A DNA stretch of 64,000 nucleotides from Octopus sinensis (Eukaryota). Of the stretch, positions 40,396 through 53,395 are shown one piece after another. The stretch is from NCBI RefSeq assembly GCF_006345805.1, contig NC_043005.1:104160001-104224000 (forward strand). Reading direction: 5' to 3'. A model generated the notes under the pieces. The model was not told the origin of the DNA. It did no database searches and saw nothing but the letters and a program-made list of their open reading frames with translations. A program made the position numbers and the translations under genes. Every line of letters begins with the position of its first letter. Within the stretch, counting starts at the first letter, position 1.

Positions 40396-41814
40396 GTATA
40401 TCTTTTATTTTGTTTCAGTTTTTAAACTGCAGCCATGCTAGGGCACGCCTTAAATATTTTATTGGAAAAGATCGACTCTTGTAGCTGATTCTGTCGGCTA
40501 CTTATTGTGAAACCGCTAGCTTAAGAAGACGTAAACAAACCAGCACCGATTGTCAAGCGGTGGTGGGGATCTATTACAAGCACACATACGTAGATAAACA
40601 AGATTAATCAGCTGAAATTGCGAGGATGATCCGGTTCTTGACTGACGATAGGAAGCTTCGAATGACTCGTCCTTGTTTTTTTGTATCGTCTGTCTGGATG
40701 TTTTGTTGTCCCTTTTTGTATCACCTAGTTGTCCGGGTGTTTTGTATTCTTGTTCCATTTTGTATTTTATATATAGATAAACACATACACACATGCACAC
40801 ACAAACATACACACACACGTCGACACCATTTTTGCCCTACCAACCACTCCACCTTACACCTCATTGTCTTCGATCTGGTCATACACCATAGATCCACTAC
40901 TATTAGATTTCGGCCTGAACAGAACGACATCTTCTCTTTTCAAAAACATATAGAGTTTGGACTAAACCCCACCTCCTTCCTGAAACAGCTTTCTCATTCG
41001 TTTTTTTGTTTCTTTTAAAATTTAATTTTAGTTTTTTAATTTTATTTTAATTTCACAACATTAAAAAAAAATAATTTAAAAGAATTCTTAATTCAAAGCT
41101 TATTTTGAGTTTGAGTTGCTAATTAGTTTAATTAATTTTTAAAAGATTATTTTTATTTTTAATTCATCTTCCACACACTGCTACACACCCATATACTTAA
41201 CTCAGATCCTCCCCACATTACATACATACAAGAAACACATATATTTCCAGGTACAAAAAAAATCATCACTCACACCAACACATACAGATATGCAAATATA
41301 TATAGACACATACACATCCACATCCACACACACACGCACATACAAACGTACACACACATAGAGATACAAGCACATACTCGTACACACGCACTCACACGCA
41401 CAAACACACACGCACACACATAGCAAAACCAACGCACTCACGCGCTTGTCAACTTGACTCTCGCCACCAAATCTAACTGCTTCTACAAACCTGTTAGTTC
41501 CACACCCTCATATGCGCATCACTCACATAAGCACAAGCACACAGGCACACACATACACTGGCTATTTTCGCACTCTATTACTTTCAGAAACGCTTTTCTC
41601 AACCTCTTTCCATTTCCGGTAATTTCAGGCATGTAAACTCACACGTGCTCTTCATTTCCTTCTCTTGGAATCTTTCTTCTTTCCTTTTTATGATGAAGTG
41701 TCATGCTCGAAACGTCACACAACTTCTTTTTCCATCTCAAACTGAGCGTCAGCGTAATGCATTCACTGCGTACGTCCTTTTCACTTTTGTTGATATGTTC
41801 TAATATATGACTTG

Positions 41815-42075
<261 letters not shown>

Positions 42076-43812
42076 ACGCGGTCACATATATATATATGTA
42101 TGTATATGTATATGTGTATATATATACACGTCTACCAAATGCACTCACAATGTTTTGGTCGGCCTCGAGCTACAGTAAAAGACACTTATCCAAAGTGCCA
42201 AGCAAAGAGATTGAAACCAGAACCATATGCATGTGTGAGTGTATTTATGCTTGTGTCTATATCTGTGTGCGCATCTGTGTGTGTGTGCGTCTGTGTGTCT
42301 ATGTTTATAATGAGCATTATCTGTATTTGCTTGTATTTGTGCATCGACATTTCTTTATTAAAGTAGTGGATATCCAGTCAAGTTGCTAAACAGTGTTATA
42401 CTATACCTATATATCTTAACTATACTGCATGTGAAGCAAAGAGAGAGGAAAAAGAATGCCTTCACACACAAACAACACTCAGCTCCTCTCATCACATACA
42501 TATGTGTATATATGTATATATATATATATATATGCGTGTGTGTATATGTATGTGTACTGGCATGTATACTGACATATACGGATTAATGTGTATACATACA
42601 TATGTAGGCAGAAGCACATGTAGATATATCTTACGTATGTGTGTGAACAGGAATATTATACTCACACGGAGCACATATAAGTGTATGTCTTGCCGTAGAT
42701 ATTGGTCTGTGCATAAGAGATTTGCTGTATGAAATTGCACATATCTACTCAAAAACATATATGCACATACACATTGATATAGATATAGTCGCATATTAAT
42801 ATGAATAACCACATATATGTCTGCATGTGTGTGAGTGTGTGTAAGCGCGAGCGTGCGTATGAAAGCATGGGTGTTTGCGGATTTATATGTGTATATGTGT
42901 ATATATATATGAGCGTGTGTATATGTATGTGTGTGTATATATATTAATATATATGTTTAATATACAGGCATACGTATATATATACATACACACATAGATT
43001 CATATACATACACACATAGATACAAACGCACACACACATACACACACACACACACACACGCATATATATTCGTATGTATGTATGGTATGTATGTATGTGT
43101 GTATAAAAGAGTGTTTGCACCTACGCGAAAGAAGTATGAGATGTTAATGTCCAGAGCGTATTAATCTATATGGCGAGATTTTGATGAATGCTTTGACAAA
43201 CATTCGGCTACGGTAGTCCGGAAACGAAATTGGCGCCATTTTCTTTTCGCTCTTATTGTCTACTGCCGACCGGGGACAGGTGGTGCCACCTTACGGGAGA
43301 AAACGTGACCGACACTTTACGTTATTCTGTCGGTTTATATATATATATTATAGGAAAAGAAGGGAGGAAAAAACAAAAAGACGAAACCAACAAACAAAAA
43401 AAGAAGCGGCAAAGCCTGCGGTGTTTGTTCTTTTGATAAGTTTATTGCTTTAAACGCCAAGCGGTCGTCTGCATTGAAGAGGATAAGAGGCAGAGAGGCT
43501 AGAGAATGTAGGGGAATAGAGGGAATAAGTGAATAATGGTATGAAAGAATCACATCATTGGTTGATGAAAATAGTAAAGAATCTAAGAAGAAAAACAAGA
43601 AAACGAATATAAAAATGAAGGATAATGATAAAGGGACGCCGAGTAGTCAAACTTGGATTTAGATTAATAAGAAATCACAATTACAGCAGCAACAACAACA
43701 ACAAAAGCAACAAACACTGTACTGTTTGTTGTAACTTAAGTAACAACAACAACAACAGTGACAATAGCAATAATGACAGCAACAGAAGAGATACACTTTT
43801 TGTATTAATAAG

Positions 43813-43909
43813 AGAAGTGCTCAACAACGACAGAGGCAACGTCTAAAGCAATTTCAACATACATACACACATCATCATCATCGTCGTCGTCGTCGTTGTC
43901 GTCATCATC

Positions 43910-43976
<67 letters not shown>

Positions 43977-44160
43977 ACAAGAACCGCAGCAGCAGCAAGA
44001 GCCGTTCAAGAATTTGGACCTGGAGATCTCCATTTCCAGCGACTTCGAGGGCCACCTCCCAGTGGTGTCAGGTGTCAACGAAGAGCCCTCGACTACAACA
44101 AGACGACCAAAGTTTTTTTCTTTTTTCCAAGATCTGGGATCTCCCGCCACTAAACCCTAG
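43813..44160 (+). CDS. Candidate terminal coding exon of an unidentified host gene (His/Gln-rich, then PFKNLDLEISISSDFEGHLPVVSG...ATKP*)
   Basis: frame open from 43777 to TAG at 44158-44160; 29 of 40 codons at 43981-44100 end in G/C in an AT-rich window; the 5' boundary (weak TAAG acceptor) is uncertain. Confidence 0.45.
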
Positions 44161-44198
44161 ACCATCACCTAATCACCCTTACCGGTCTTGTTGCTTAA

Positions 44199-44237
<39 letters not shown>

Positions 44238-44627
44238 CAACAACAACAATTACATTAATATATATATTATCAGAAAAATTACAGCGGGTCCCTGTCCGGT
44301 CACTCAACTTCCTACAAATAGCTACCAAATCTCCCTAAAACAACCACGTCCTATTTTTAAATAACTGCGGAATGGTCACGGTTGGAATACTTTATAGGTG
44401 TACTTTTTCAGGGCTCAACAGATACTGAGCAATGACGAAACAGCAGCATGTCTAAAAAATAACATGAACAGCACCATAAGAAATATTATAACTATCATAA
44501 TACCTCCCACTACCACCATCGCCTCCACCAACGTCACCAGTGCCAACGCCACCGCTGCTACCATTATCACCATCATTACAACGAAAGCACCAATTAAAAG
44601 TACTAAATTAGAACAAAGGATTTATAT

Positions 44628-44795
44628 ATTTCTCTACTACCCACAAGGGGCTAAATACAGAGCGGACAAACAAGGACAGACATAGGTATTAAGTCGATTA
44701 CATCGACCCCAGTGCGTAACTGGTACTTAATTTATCGACCCCGAAAGAATGAAAGGCAAAGTCGACCTCGGTGGAATTTGAACCTCAGAACGTAA
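44628..44795 (-). mobile_element. SINE family A copy (5' part missing)
   Basis: near identical to 33522-33690. Confidence 0.85.
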
Positions 44796-44919
44796 AGGAC
44801 ATTCCATTCATACAGAACACCAATAACATTAACGCATCCTCCTCAACCATCCTAGATTTTGTAATAACAAGAACAACAGTAGCAACAATAGCAACAAGTG
44901 CTTTCGCAGTCCGTTACAA

Positions 44920-45200
44920 AGACACGCTTGTTCCAGCTGACCCGATCGACGGAACAGCCTGCTTGAGCGCTCCAAGGATACGTGAACCCTTAACGGAGTT
45001 CCCAAGGAGATTCAGCGTGACACAAAATGTGACAAAGCTGGACATTTGAATTACAGGTACTATTCAATTTTGCCAGCTGAGTGGTCTGGGACAAAGTGAA
45101 ATAAAATGTCTTGCTCAAGGATAGAACACGTTGCCAGGAATTGAACTCACGATCTTAAGATAATGAGTCGAATACCTTAACCACTAAGCCACGCGCCTTC
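44920..45200 (-). mobile_element. tRNA-derived SINE
   Basis: minus starts GTGAAGGCGCGTGGCTTAGTGGTTAAGG..GAGTTCAATTCC; body shared with 5565-5856. Confidence 0.8.
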
Positions 45201-46104
45201 ACAGCAATAACAATTAGAACCATCAACAACAATACTTGCAATATCTTCGGTTAGTAAAAGCGCTGTTATAAAACTTATCTGTGTCTACAGTGTATATTAG
45301 AATAACAACAACAACAATAACAAGCAAACAAGGGAACCTCTGCGTGTTTCTCAACCCACAAGAAATAGTAGACAAGAGTTACTTAAATCAGGGACTACTA
45401 ATAAGGCACACGGAATGATATTGACCGGAATACGTTGTATCTAAAAAAAAAAAAGTTGGGGAGGAAAATGGAATCGTTTTGGTTCAAATACTCTTAGTTG
45501 TATGTTTACTTTGATCAGGATAGATTTAGGCTAAATGATAATAAAAATGATACCAATAACACCAATAACAAGAATAACCGCATCAGCTACAATAATGGCG
45601 TCAAGTACTGAAAAACAAAGCAAAGACAGAGTCAATTAGATTGTAAATGACAAAAACAACATTGCAAAATTAGTCACAAAATAACAACAGTCTAATAAGG
45701 GTGATGTCATAACAACAGGATAAACAGTATATAAATAACAATATTAATAACAACACTAACAGCATAACAGCGATAAAGACAACATAGCAACAGTATAAAA
45801 ATTCCTGAAGTCACATAGATTAGTGAAATACTTATTAAATCTTAACTCTTCGAATACGGAATACAAACTACAATGAGACATCATAGCAAGAAAACTTTGT
45901 GTTCATAAGCAACAAAAAAAGTGCATTCAGTGTTCTACTGAAGCACCACATATTTTATAAAGGTATTCAAAAACTACTTAACATACAAACGGGATGTTTT
46001 TCTTGTGCAAACCTGAAATTTTAAGACGTTTAAATGTTATAAATGCAATACTACCCAAATAAGATGGTAAATAATAGTCGAATATATAAGATGTGTTGAA
46101 TTTA

Positions 46105-46232
46105 AGACGGCGAGCTGACAGAAACGTTAGCACTCCGAGTGGAATGTATTGCGCTATTTCGTCTGCCGCTACGTTCTGAGTCCAAATTCCGCCGAGGTCG
46201 ACTTTGCATTTTAACCTTTCGGGGTCGATTGA
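46105..46232 (+). mobile_element. SINE family A 5' half
   Basis: ACGGCGAGCTGACAGAAACGTTAGCAC..AAATTCCGCCGAGGTCGACTTTGC..TTTCGGGGTCGA. Confidence 0.85.
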
Positions 46233-46393
46233 TATCAGCGTTTCCTTACGTCCGCGTGATAGAAAGTTAAAATTATTTTTGTCTCTGACGGGTTGTCCAG
46301 AAAGGTTTGGCTTTCGTGGATACAAAACCTTTGGTAATCCTATGACCAGAATTTAAGTTTTTGTTTTAAAATACATGTATATATATATTTATA

Positions 46394-46465
<72 letters not shown>

Positions 46466-46505
46466 TATACATACTATATATATATATATATATATAATAT
46501 ATATA

Positions 46506-46537
<32 letters not shown>

Positions 46538-46580
46538 ATATATATATATACTAATATAATATATATATATATGATATGTG

Positions 46581-46613
<33 letters not shown>

Positions 46614-46669
46614 CATTCTTCATGAGCATCAAACTAAATTATATATAATTGTAACCATACTATATTGAT

Positions 46670-46786
46670 AGGCGCATGCGTGGCTGTCTGATAAAAAGCT
46701 TGTTTCTCAGCCACATGGTCCCGGGTTCAGTTCCACTGTGCCACCTTGGGCACGGAATCTGAAAGAAGCCTGTCGTATGTATGTAA

Positions 46787-46872
<86 letters not shown>

Positions 46873-46900
46873 ATGCGTGTGTGTGTGTGTGTGTATGTGT

Positions 46901-46944
<44 letters not shown>

Positions 46945-47100
46945 GCTTGTTCCCATCACTGCTTGACAAGCGGGGCTGGTGTGTATACGTCCGCGTAAAC
47001 TAGCGGTTCGGCAAAAGAGACCAAAAGGTATGTACCAGGCTTAAAACATTCGACTAAGAATTCTTGAAGGATGTTCTCCAGCATCGCCGCAGACTAATAA
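46670..47100 (+). mobile_element. SINE family C with expanded internal (TG)n
   Basis: AGGCGCATGCGTGGCTG..CACATGGTCCCGGGTTCAGTTCCACTG..CTTGACAAGC..AGCGGTTCGGCAAAAGAGACC. Confidence 0.8.
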
Positions 47101-47211
47101 CTGTATACATACATACATACAAACATACATACATACATACATACATACATACATACATTCATACATACATCAATCCATACATACATACATACATACATAC
47201 ATACATACATT

Positions 47212-47242
<31 letters not shown>

Positions 47243-47441
47243 CTTATTAACTAGACCCATATATGAGATAATGCTTATATTGTTTTCGCTTAATTTAAAC
47301 TTTGAATTGCTAACTGCCCCTGAAATTGCTGCTGTATTATTTATCTACAATTCTATCTTTTTATAAATTCTCTTTTTCGAGTAAAATGAGAGCGTGTACT
47401 ACCATTTTCGTATATGTGTAGATATGCTTGCTTAGACGGAT

Positions 47442-47477
<36 letters not shown>

Positions 47478-48143
47478 ACACACCCATACATACATGAGTG
47501 AGCAGGAATAGAAAAAATATATTTATGAATGTGTGAGTGTGTCTATATGTGTACAGGTGCGTGCGGCTGCGTTTCGCTCGACAGGTTTCTGGCAGTTCTC
47601 ACCTATACTGCCATCTAAACCATCTATCATTATCAAGTTAGAATTTTCTTTGATCTATGGCAGCTTAGAGGGTTCACCCTTCCATTTCTCCTTAGACATC
47701 CTGACAACAGTATTCTCCTTTATTTCCCAAAGGTGAAGTAAACATCAGAGAGGCTTTTCCTAACGCAGAAACTGTTGGAGCTACTCGGAGGTCTTATAAG
47801 CTTTTCTGATGCATCACAGTGTTGGAAACCCTGTCATATAAGTATCGTCAACAGGTAAAGTTGTAAAAAGTGTATAGCGGTGACACAGGCAAGATTGATA
47901 TCAAGAGGTAATATTTATTCCCATTTAAACGTGTATGTTCTGTTAGGACAAACTTCATTGCAGAAGATATCACGAGACATTCTTATAGCCTTTTGGTGCA
48001 GAATACTCAGTCGTCTGTTCATATCACCTGCGGGGAGATAAACGCTCGCCAACTCAAGCGCTAAGACCACAATTCCCATTCTACAAACTGGCAAACAATT
48101 CCGTGAATACTTTACCGGGTAACGCCGGGTAGTAAGTCTAGTA

Positions 48144-49700
48144 TGCATTTTATTTTGCGCTCTTCACCAGTATTAAGTAAATTATCATACTTATAAAATA
48201 AAATTTCTTTAAACTCATTAGAGCATAAATAACAACAATTAGCTCCTATAGTATATGATTTAGTTTTACAAATTATTTCCCAATTAAACTATAATTAATA
48301 TTTAGTGATTTAAGACTTCAAAGTACTTACTAAGTCCGGTTGAGTTGATTAAGTTTTTATTTTTAAAAGAATTCATATGTTGTGCGATTCTTAGTTTTAT
48401 TTTTGAGGAAGTAGAACCTATATAAACCGCTTTTGGGTAATTATTATTCTTAAAGTTATTATCATGTAATGTAACTATACATTTATACACTACATCGTTA
48501 ATATCACAATTATTATTTAATATACAATTAGATTTATCTCTACATGTACAATTAATATAAGTCTTATCATTATTATATATTATCAAATAATTTCTTTTTA
48601 TAAAAATTATTCAGTTTATATTTATTAAATGAAGAAATAATGTTACCAACATTATTAGTGGTAGAGTAACCAACTCCAAATTATTAAAAGAGAAAATGTT
48701 TCTATATTTACGATTATCTCTAATAAATAGTTCTATAACATCTAAAATCTCTTTAATAATATTCGTTTTTACTTGATCTCCATAAGGAACTATTAACCAA
48801 ATTTTATTCTTATTAACCTTATTATTATTATCATTATTATAAATATATTTATAATTCTTTATTTTATTAAAATTATTATAATAATTATATTGATAAAATT
48901 AATAATATTAATAATTCCTTAAATGCTGTACATAGATATAATTCTGATAATAATTTTAATAAAATAAAGAATTATAAATATATTTATAATAATGATAATA
49001 ATAATAAGGTTAATAAGAATAAAATTTGGTTAATAGTTCCTTATGGAGATCAAGTAAAACGAATATATTAAAGAGATTTTAGATGTTATAGAACTATTTA
49101 TTAGAGATAATCGTAAATATAGAAACATTTTCTCTTTTAATATTTTGGAGTTGGTTACTCTACCACTAATAATGTTGGTAACATTATTTCTTCATTTAAT
49201 AAATATAAACTGAATAATTTTTATAAAAAGAAATTATTTGATAATAATATTAATAATGATAAGACTTATATTAATTGTACATGTAGAGATAAATCTAATT
49301 GTATATTAAATAATAATTGTGATATTAACGATGTAGTGTATAAATGTATAGTTACATTACATGATAATAACTTTAAGAATAATAATTACCCAAAAGCGGT
49401 TTATATAGGTTCTACTTCCTCAAAAATAAAACTAAGAATCGCACAACATATGAATTCTTTTAAAAATAAAACTTAATCAACTCAACCGGATTTAGTAAGT
49501 ACATTTGGAGTCTTAAATCACTAAATATTAATTATAGTTTAATTTGGAAATAATTTGTAAAACTAAATCATATACTATAGGAGCTAATTGTTGTTATTAT
49601 GCTCTAATGAGTTTAAAGAAATTTTATTTTATAAGTATGATAATTTACTTAATACTGGTGAAGAGCGCAAAATAAAATGCAGACATAAGTTACTTTACCT
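48144..49700. mobile_element. Fold-back (head-to-head) palindrome of a Penelope-like RT-tail/GIY-YIG endonuclease ORF
   Basis: arms 48144-48879 and 48947-49681, 67-bp spacer; composite translation KIWLIVPYGDQVKTNI..YSTTNNVGNIISSFN..CTCRDKSNCILNNNCDINDVVYKC..VYIGSTSSKIKLRIAQHMNSF..STG.SKYIWSLK..NLLNTGEERKIKCRHK. Confidence 0.85.
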
Positions 49701-52700
49701 ATATAATAAGTTTCATGATAAATAGCAATAATAGTTCCCTTTTAGGTTACTTTAGTTTAGTTTTAAATTAGTTTAGATAATATATTTTTTGGTTATGTAG
49801 TCTAGGCTTTAATATAGTTAGTCTTTATTGATATTTCTTTGTTTTAATTAGTTCATTTTTAATGTATATTAATATAACAGTTTATGGTATGTTAAAACTT
49901 TAATAATTTATATTAGATTTTTTTATTTTCTTTATTTATATATTTTTTATTTTTTTTTTTATTTTATTTTATTATGTATTTTTATTATGCATTTTTTATA
50001 TGTATTTTGGAGGATATATATATATTTATATGTTGATGGGTTATTTAGTGGTGTTTTTATTGAGTTTTGTATGTATGTGTGAATGTTTACGATCCCTTTG
50101 TTTTTTGTTTTTTATTTGGTATGTTGAATTGACAGATTTTATTTGGGTATTGTCTGTTATAATAAAGTAAACACACCCATAACAAATATAAGTGCCCACT
50201 TCATTCGCGCGTACCTGGAATTGCATGTGAGCCTCAACATATACACCAAACGGCCACTCCCACCCCATACGGACAAATAAACACATACATCCCCAAAAAT
50301 GGGTGTAATCCCACTCACACCAATCATATGTATACAATTATACACACTAGAATAATACATAACTAACCCAAATATACAGAACATACCAAAAATCACCAAC
50401 TAACCACCTTCACAATTCCAAGCAACGCTAGTCCACCACCCGGTTACAATTCCCAACTCCCCCCTCCATACCCAATTTACACCCACATAGCAATCCCAAT
50501 ATATCCATCCATACATGGACGCACGTGCGTGAAGCACATGCACACAATAAATACGTACAACCCCCCAATACACACTCATATACATACGTATCAAGCTCGA
50601 CATCCACAGCAATACGCTTACACCCACTCACACCCAGATGGGTGAATTGCACAACCAGGGAACGCACACACACACGTGTGCGTATTTTGATTGTGCAACT
50701 CGCCCATATGCATGTATGCGGGCGCGATTACATTGTTGCACATATCGAGCCCAAATAGCATGCATATGTACATGTGAGGGGGTACACGCACATGACGTGC
50801 GCGTGTACCCCCTGCATTTACCCGTGCGTGAATATACACATGGAGACTACCACACAGGTACAAATGTGTATAGTAATGGGAGCCCCATCACTACACTCAA
50901 TGTATACTTTCACCCATCCGCACGGATGTGAAAGTGAATCTCCGGTGTATATGTTGAGGCTTATATGTAGCGCGTGGAGGCGAACGTCGTTGAAATTGTG
51001 AATGAATGGTGGAGTTGGGAATTGTAACCGGGTGGTGGACTAGCGTTGCTTGGAATTGTGAATGGAATAGTGTAGTAGTAAGGCAGGCATCGAGAATAGA
51101 TTTGGGTTACTGCAAGTTGTTTGTTAGAGCTGCTAAGATGAGCTAAAGCTCATAAATGTATATAATAATTTATCATGGTAGTTTTTTAAAGAATCCATTC
51201 ATAATAAATTTTTTTTTAAGTAGTGTTGGTTTGCCACGTGGATATAGTTTTTAGTTCCATTTATTCTATTTCTCCATTCATAATTTTAAATGACGTTTAC
51301 TTTCCATGGCGCGTATTCTTTTTTTACATAAGTTATATTTCTATGGTAACGTAATTTTGGTTTGATTTTTTTAACGGCTAAGAATTTAATTTCACTTCAT
51401 AATTTGAAACTGACTTGTAAGTATGTATTTTATTTCTCCTTATGTCATATTGTTATTTTTGATATTCTGGTTAATTACGATGTATTTAATGTTGTTTTTC
51501 ATAGGAGTGTTATGTATATGAGATTGCGTGTGAGTTTTTAGTTGTATAATTTATTTATCTGTATGAGTGTGGTGTGTAAATATTGTTGTATATATCGAGT
51601 TTAGTGAGTATGTATATGTGTATATGTGAGGGAGTATATGTATCTGTTGTGTTTGTGTGTTTTGCGTGTGTGTGTGTTTGTGTGTGAATGTGTATATGGG
51701 TTTGTTATTTAGATAAACAATGAACGGTAAACTTATCTCGGCAGCATTGAACTCGGAACGTAAGAGCCAAGAGAAATGTCCCCAAGCACTTTGTCCAGAA
51801 TGCTAACGATTCTGCCAGCTTGCTACTGTGCTAAAGTTGTAAATTTGTCTGTGTGGGGAGGGAGTGGGTTTTTGGTGTATATTGAGGTTTATAAGTTAGT
51901 ATAGGTATGTGTATAAGTCGTGGGTCTGTGGTTTACGTGTGTGTATTTGTGTGTGAATGTTTAGGTTAGGGGGATTGCTATATAGGTTTGTTATAGAGTT
52001 TAGCAAAGGGAGATTTTATCGTTATATGTTTTTAAGAGTTTTGGTTTATCATGGTTTTTTTAGGGAATTCGTGGTAATTTGTCTATTTTCGATGTTGGTT
52101 GTTTTATTACATTGTTTCATTCATAATTTTTGAGTGGTGTTCGTTTTGCCACGTGAATATTATTTTTAATTCCATTTATTCCATTTCTCCATTCATTATT
52201 TTAAAAGATGTTCGTTTCCAGAGCGGTTATACTTTTTATACATATGTTAAGTTCCTTGGTAAAGTAATTTTTGTTTGGTGTATATGTTGAGGCTTATATG
52301 TACTTGTGGGTGTGTGTGAGTGGGGTGGGTGTTTGTATTTGTTATGGGTGTGTGGTTTGTGTGTGTATTTTTGTGTGTGAATGTATAGGTTAAAGGGATT
52401 GCTATATAAGTATGTTATAGTGTTTAGTAAAGGGAGGTTTTATCATTTATGTTTTGTGAGTTTTAGCTTATCATGGTAGTTTTATAAAAGAATCCATTCA
52501 TAATTTTTGTGTTTATTTGTCTGTGTGGGTTGAGTGGGTTTTTGGAGTATATGTTGAGGTTTATATGTATGTATAGGTATGTGTAAGTGGTGTGGGTATT
52601 TGTATATGTCGTGGGTGTGTGGTTTACGTGTGTGTATTTGTGTGTGAATGTTTAGGTGGGGGATTGCTATATAGGTATGTTATAGAGTTTAGTAAAGGGA

Positions 52701-53340
52701 GATTTTATCATTATATGTTTTTATGAGTTTTGGTTTATCATGGTAGGTTTGTTAAGGAATTCGTAGTAATTTGTGTCTATTTGCGATGTCTGTTGTTTTA
52801 TTGCATTGTTTCATTCATAATTTTTAGTAGTGTTCGTTTTACCAAGTGAATATAATTTTTAATTCCATTTATTTCCATTTCTCCGTTCATAATTTTAAGT
52901 GATGTCCGTTTTCTAGAGCGTGAATGTGGGTTGTATGTGTGTGTGTGTGGGAGTATGAATAAGTATTGTGTTGAAGTATTTAGCTATTTTATTTTATTAT
53001 AGTTGCCTAGACGTTTTTAAGTGTATGTATAGGGATATATATATAGTGTGTGATTTAGTGTATGTATTTAGATATGGTTATATATAATTAGGTATATGTG
53101 TATGGGTGTATATATAGTTTATTATTATATTATTATTATTTTTTTGTTTTGTTTTATATTTTATATTTTATATTTTATATTTTATATTTAATTGTGATAG
53201 GTTTATTTTAGTTTATATATTGTTTATATATTGATTATTATGGATTATATATAGGTTATATAGGATTATATATTTATATTTTTTCATTCATACTTTAATT
53301 ATTTTAAATTATTATTTTTATATTTTAAATATTGATATTT
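49700..53340. repeat. Strand-skewed (G/T-rich) region with diverged 250-400 bp tandem units, an inverted block and a hairpin cluster
   Basis: unit copies at ~51160-51320, 51861-52230, 52275-52520, 52531-52925; C/A-rich inverted block ~50165-50640. Confidence 0.8.
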
Positions 53341-53352
53341 TAGATTGGAAGT

Positions 53353-53395
53353 CCACCTGAAGATTGTCGATCAAGACAAGAAACAATTGTAGTGG
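53353..53395 (+). ncRNA. Minimal type I hammerhead ribozyme motif, all elements intact
   Basis: CCAC-CTGAAGA-TTGTC(gatcaa)GACAA-GAAA-CAATTG-TA-GTGG. Confidence 0.8.

Noticed and set aside
40635-40675. CTGACGA..GAAT..GTC in the 24.7/40.6-kb repeat as a hammerhead
   Set aside because: GAAT replaces GAAA in both copies and stem I cannot form without using C3
47795-47845. CTGATGC..GAAAC..GTC hammerhead-like string
   Set aside because: Core deviates (no A9) and stems I and II do not pair convincingly
49700-53340. Nuclear mitochondrial insertion (NUMT)
   Set aside because: The skew is mtDNA-like, but I recognised no mitochondrial protein, rRNA or tRNA sequence; left open only as a search to run
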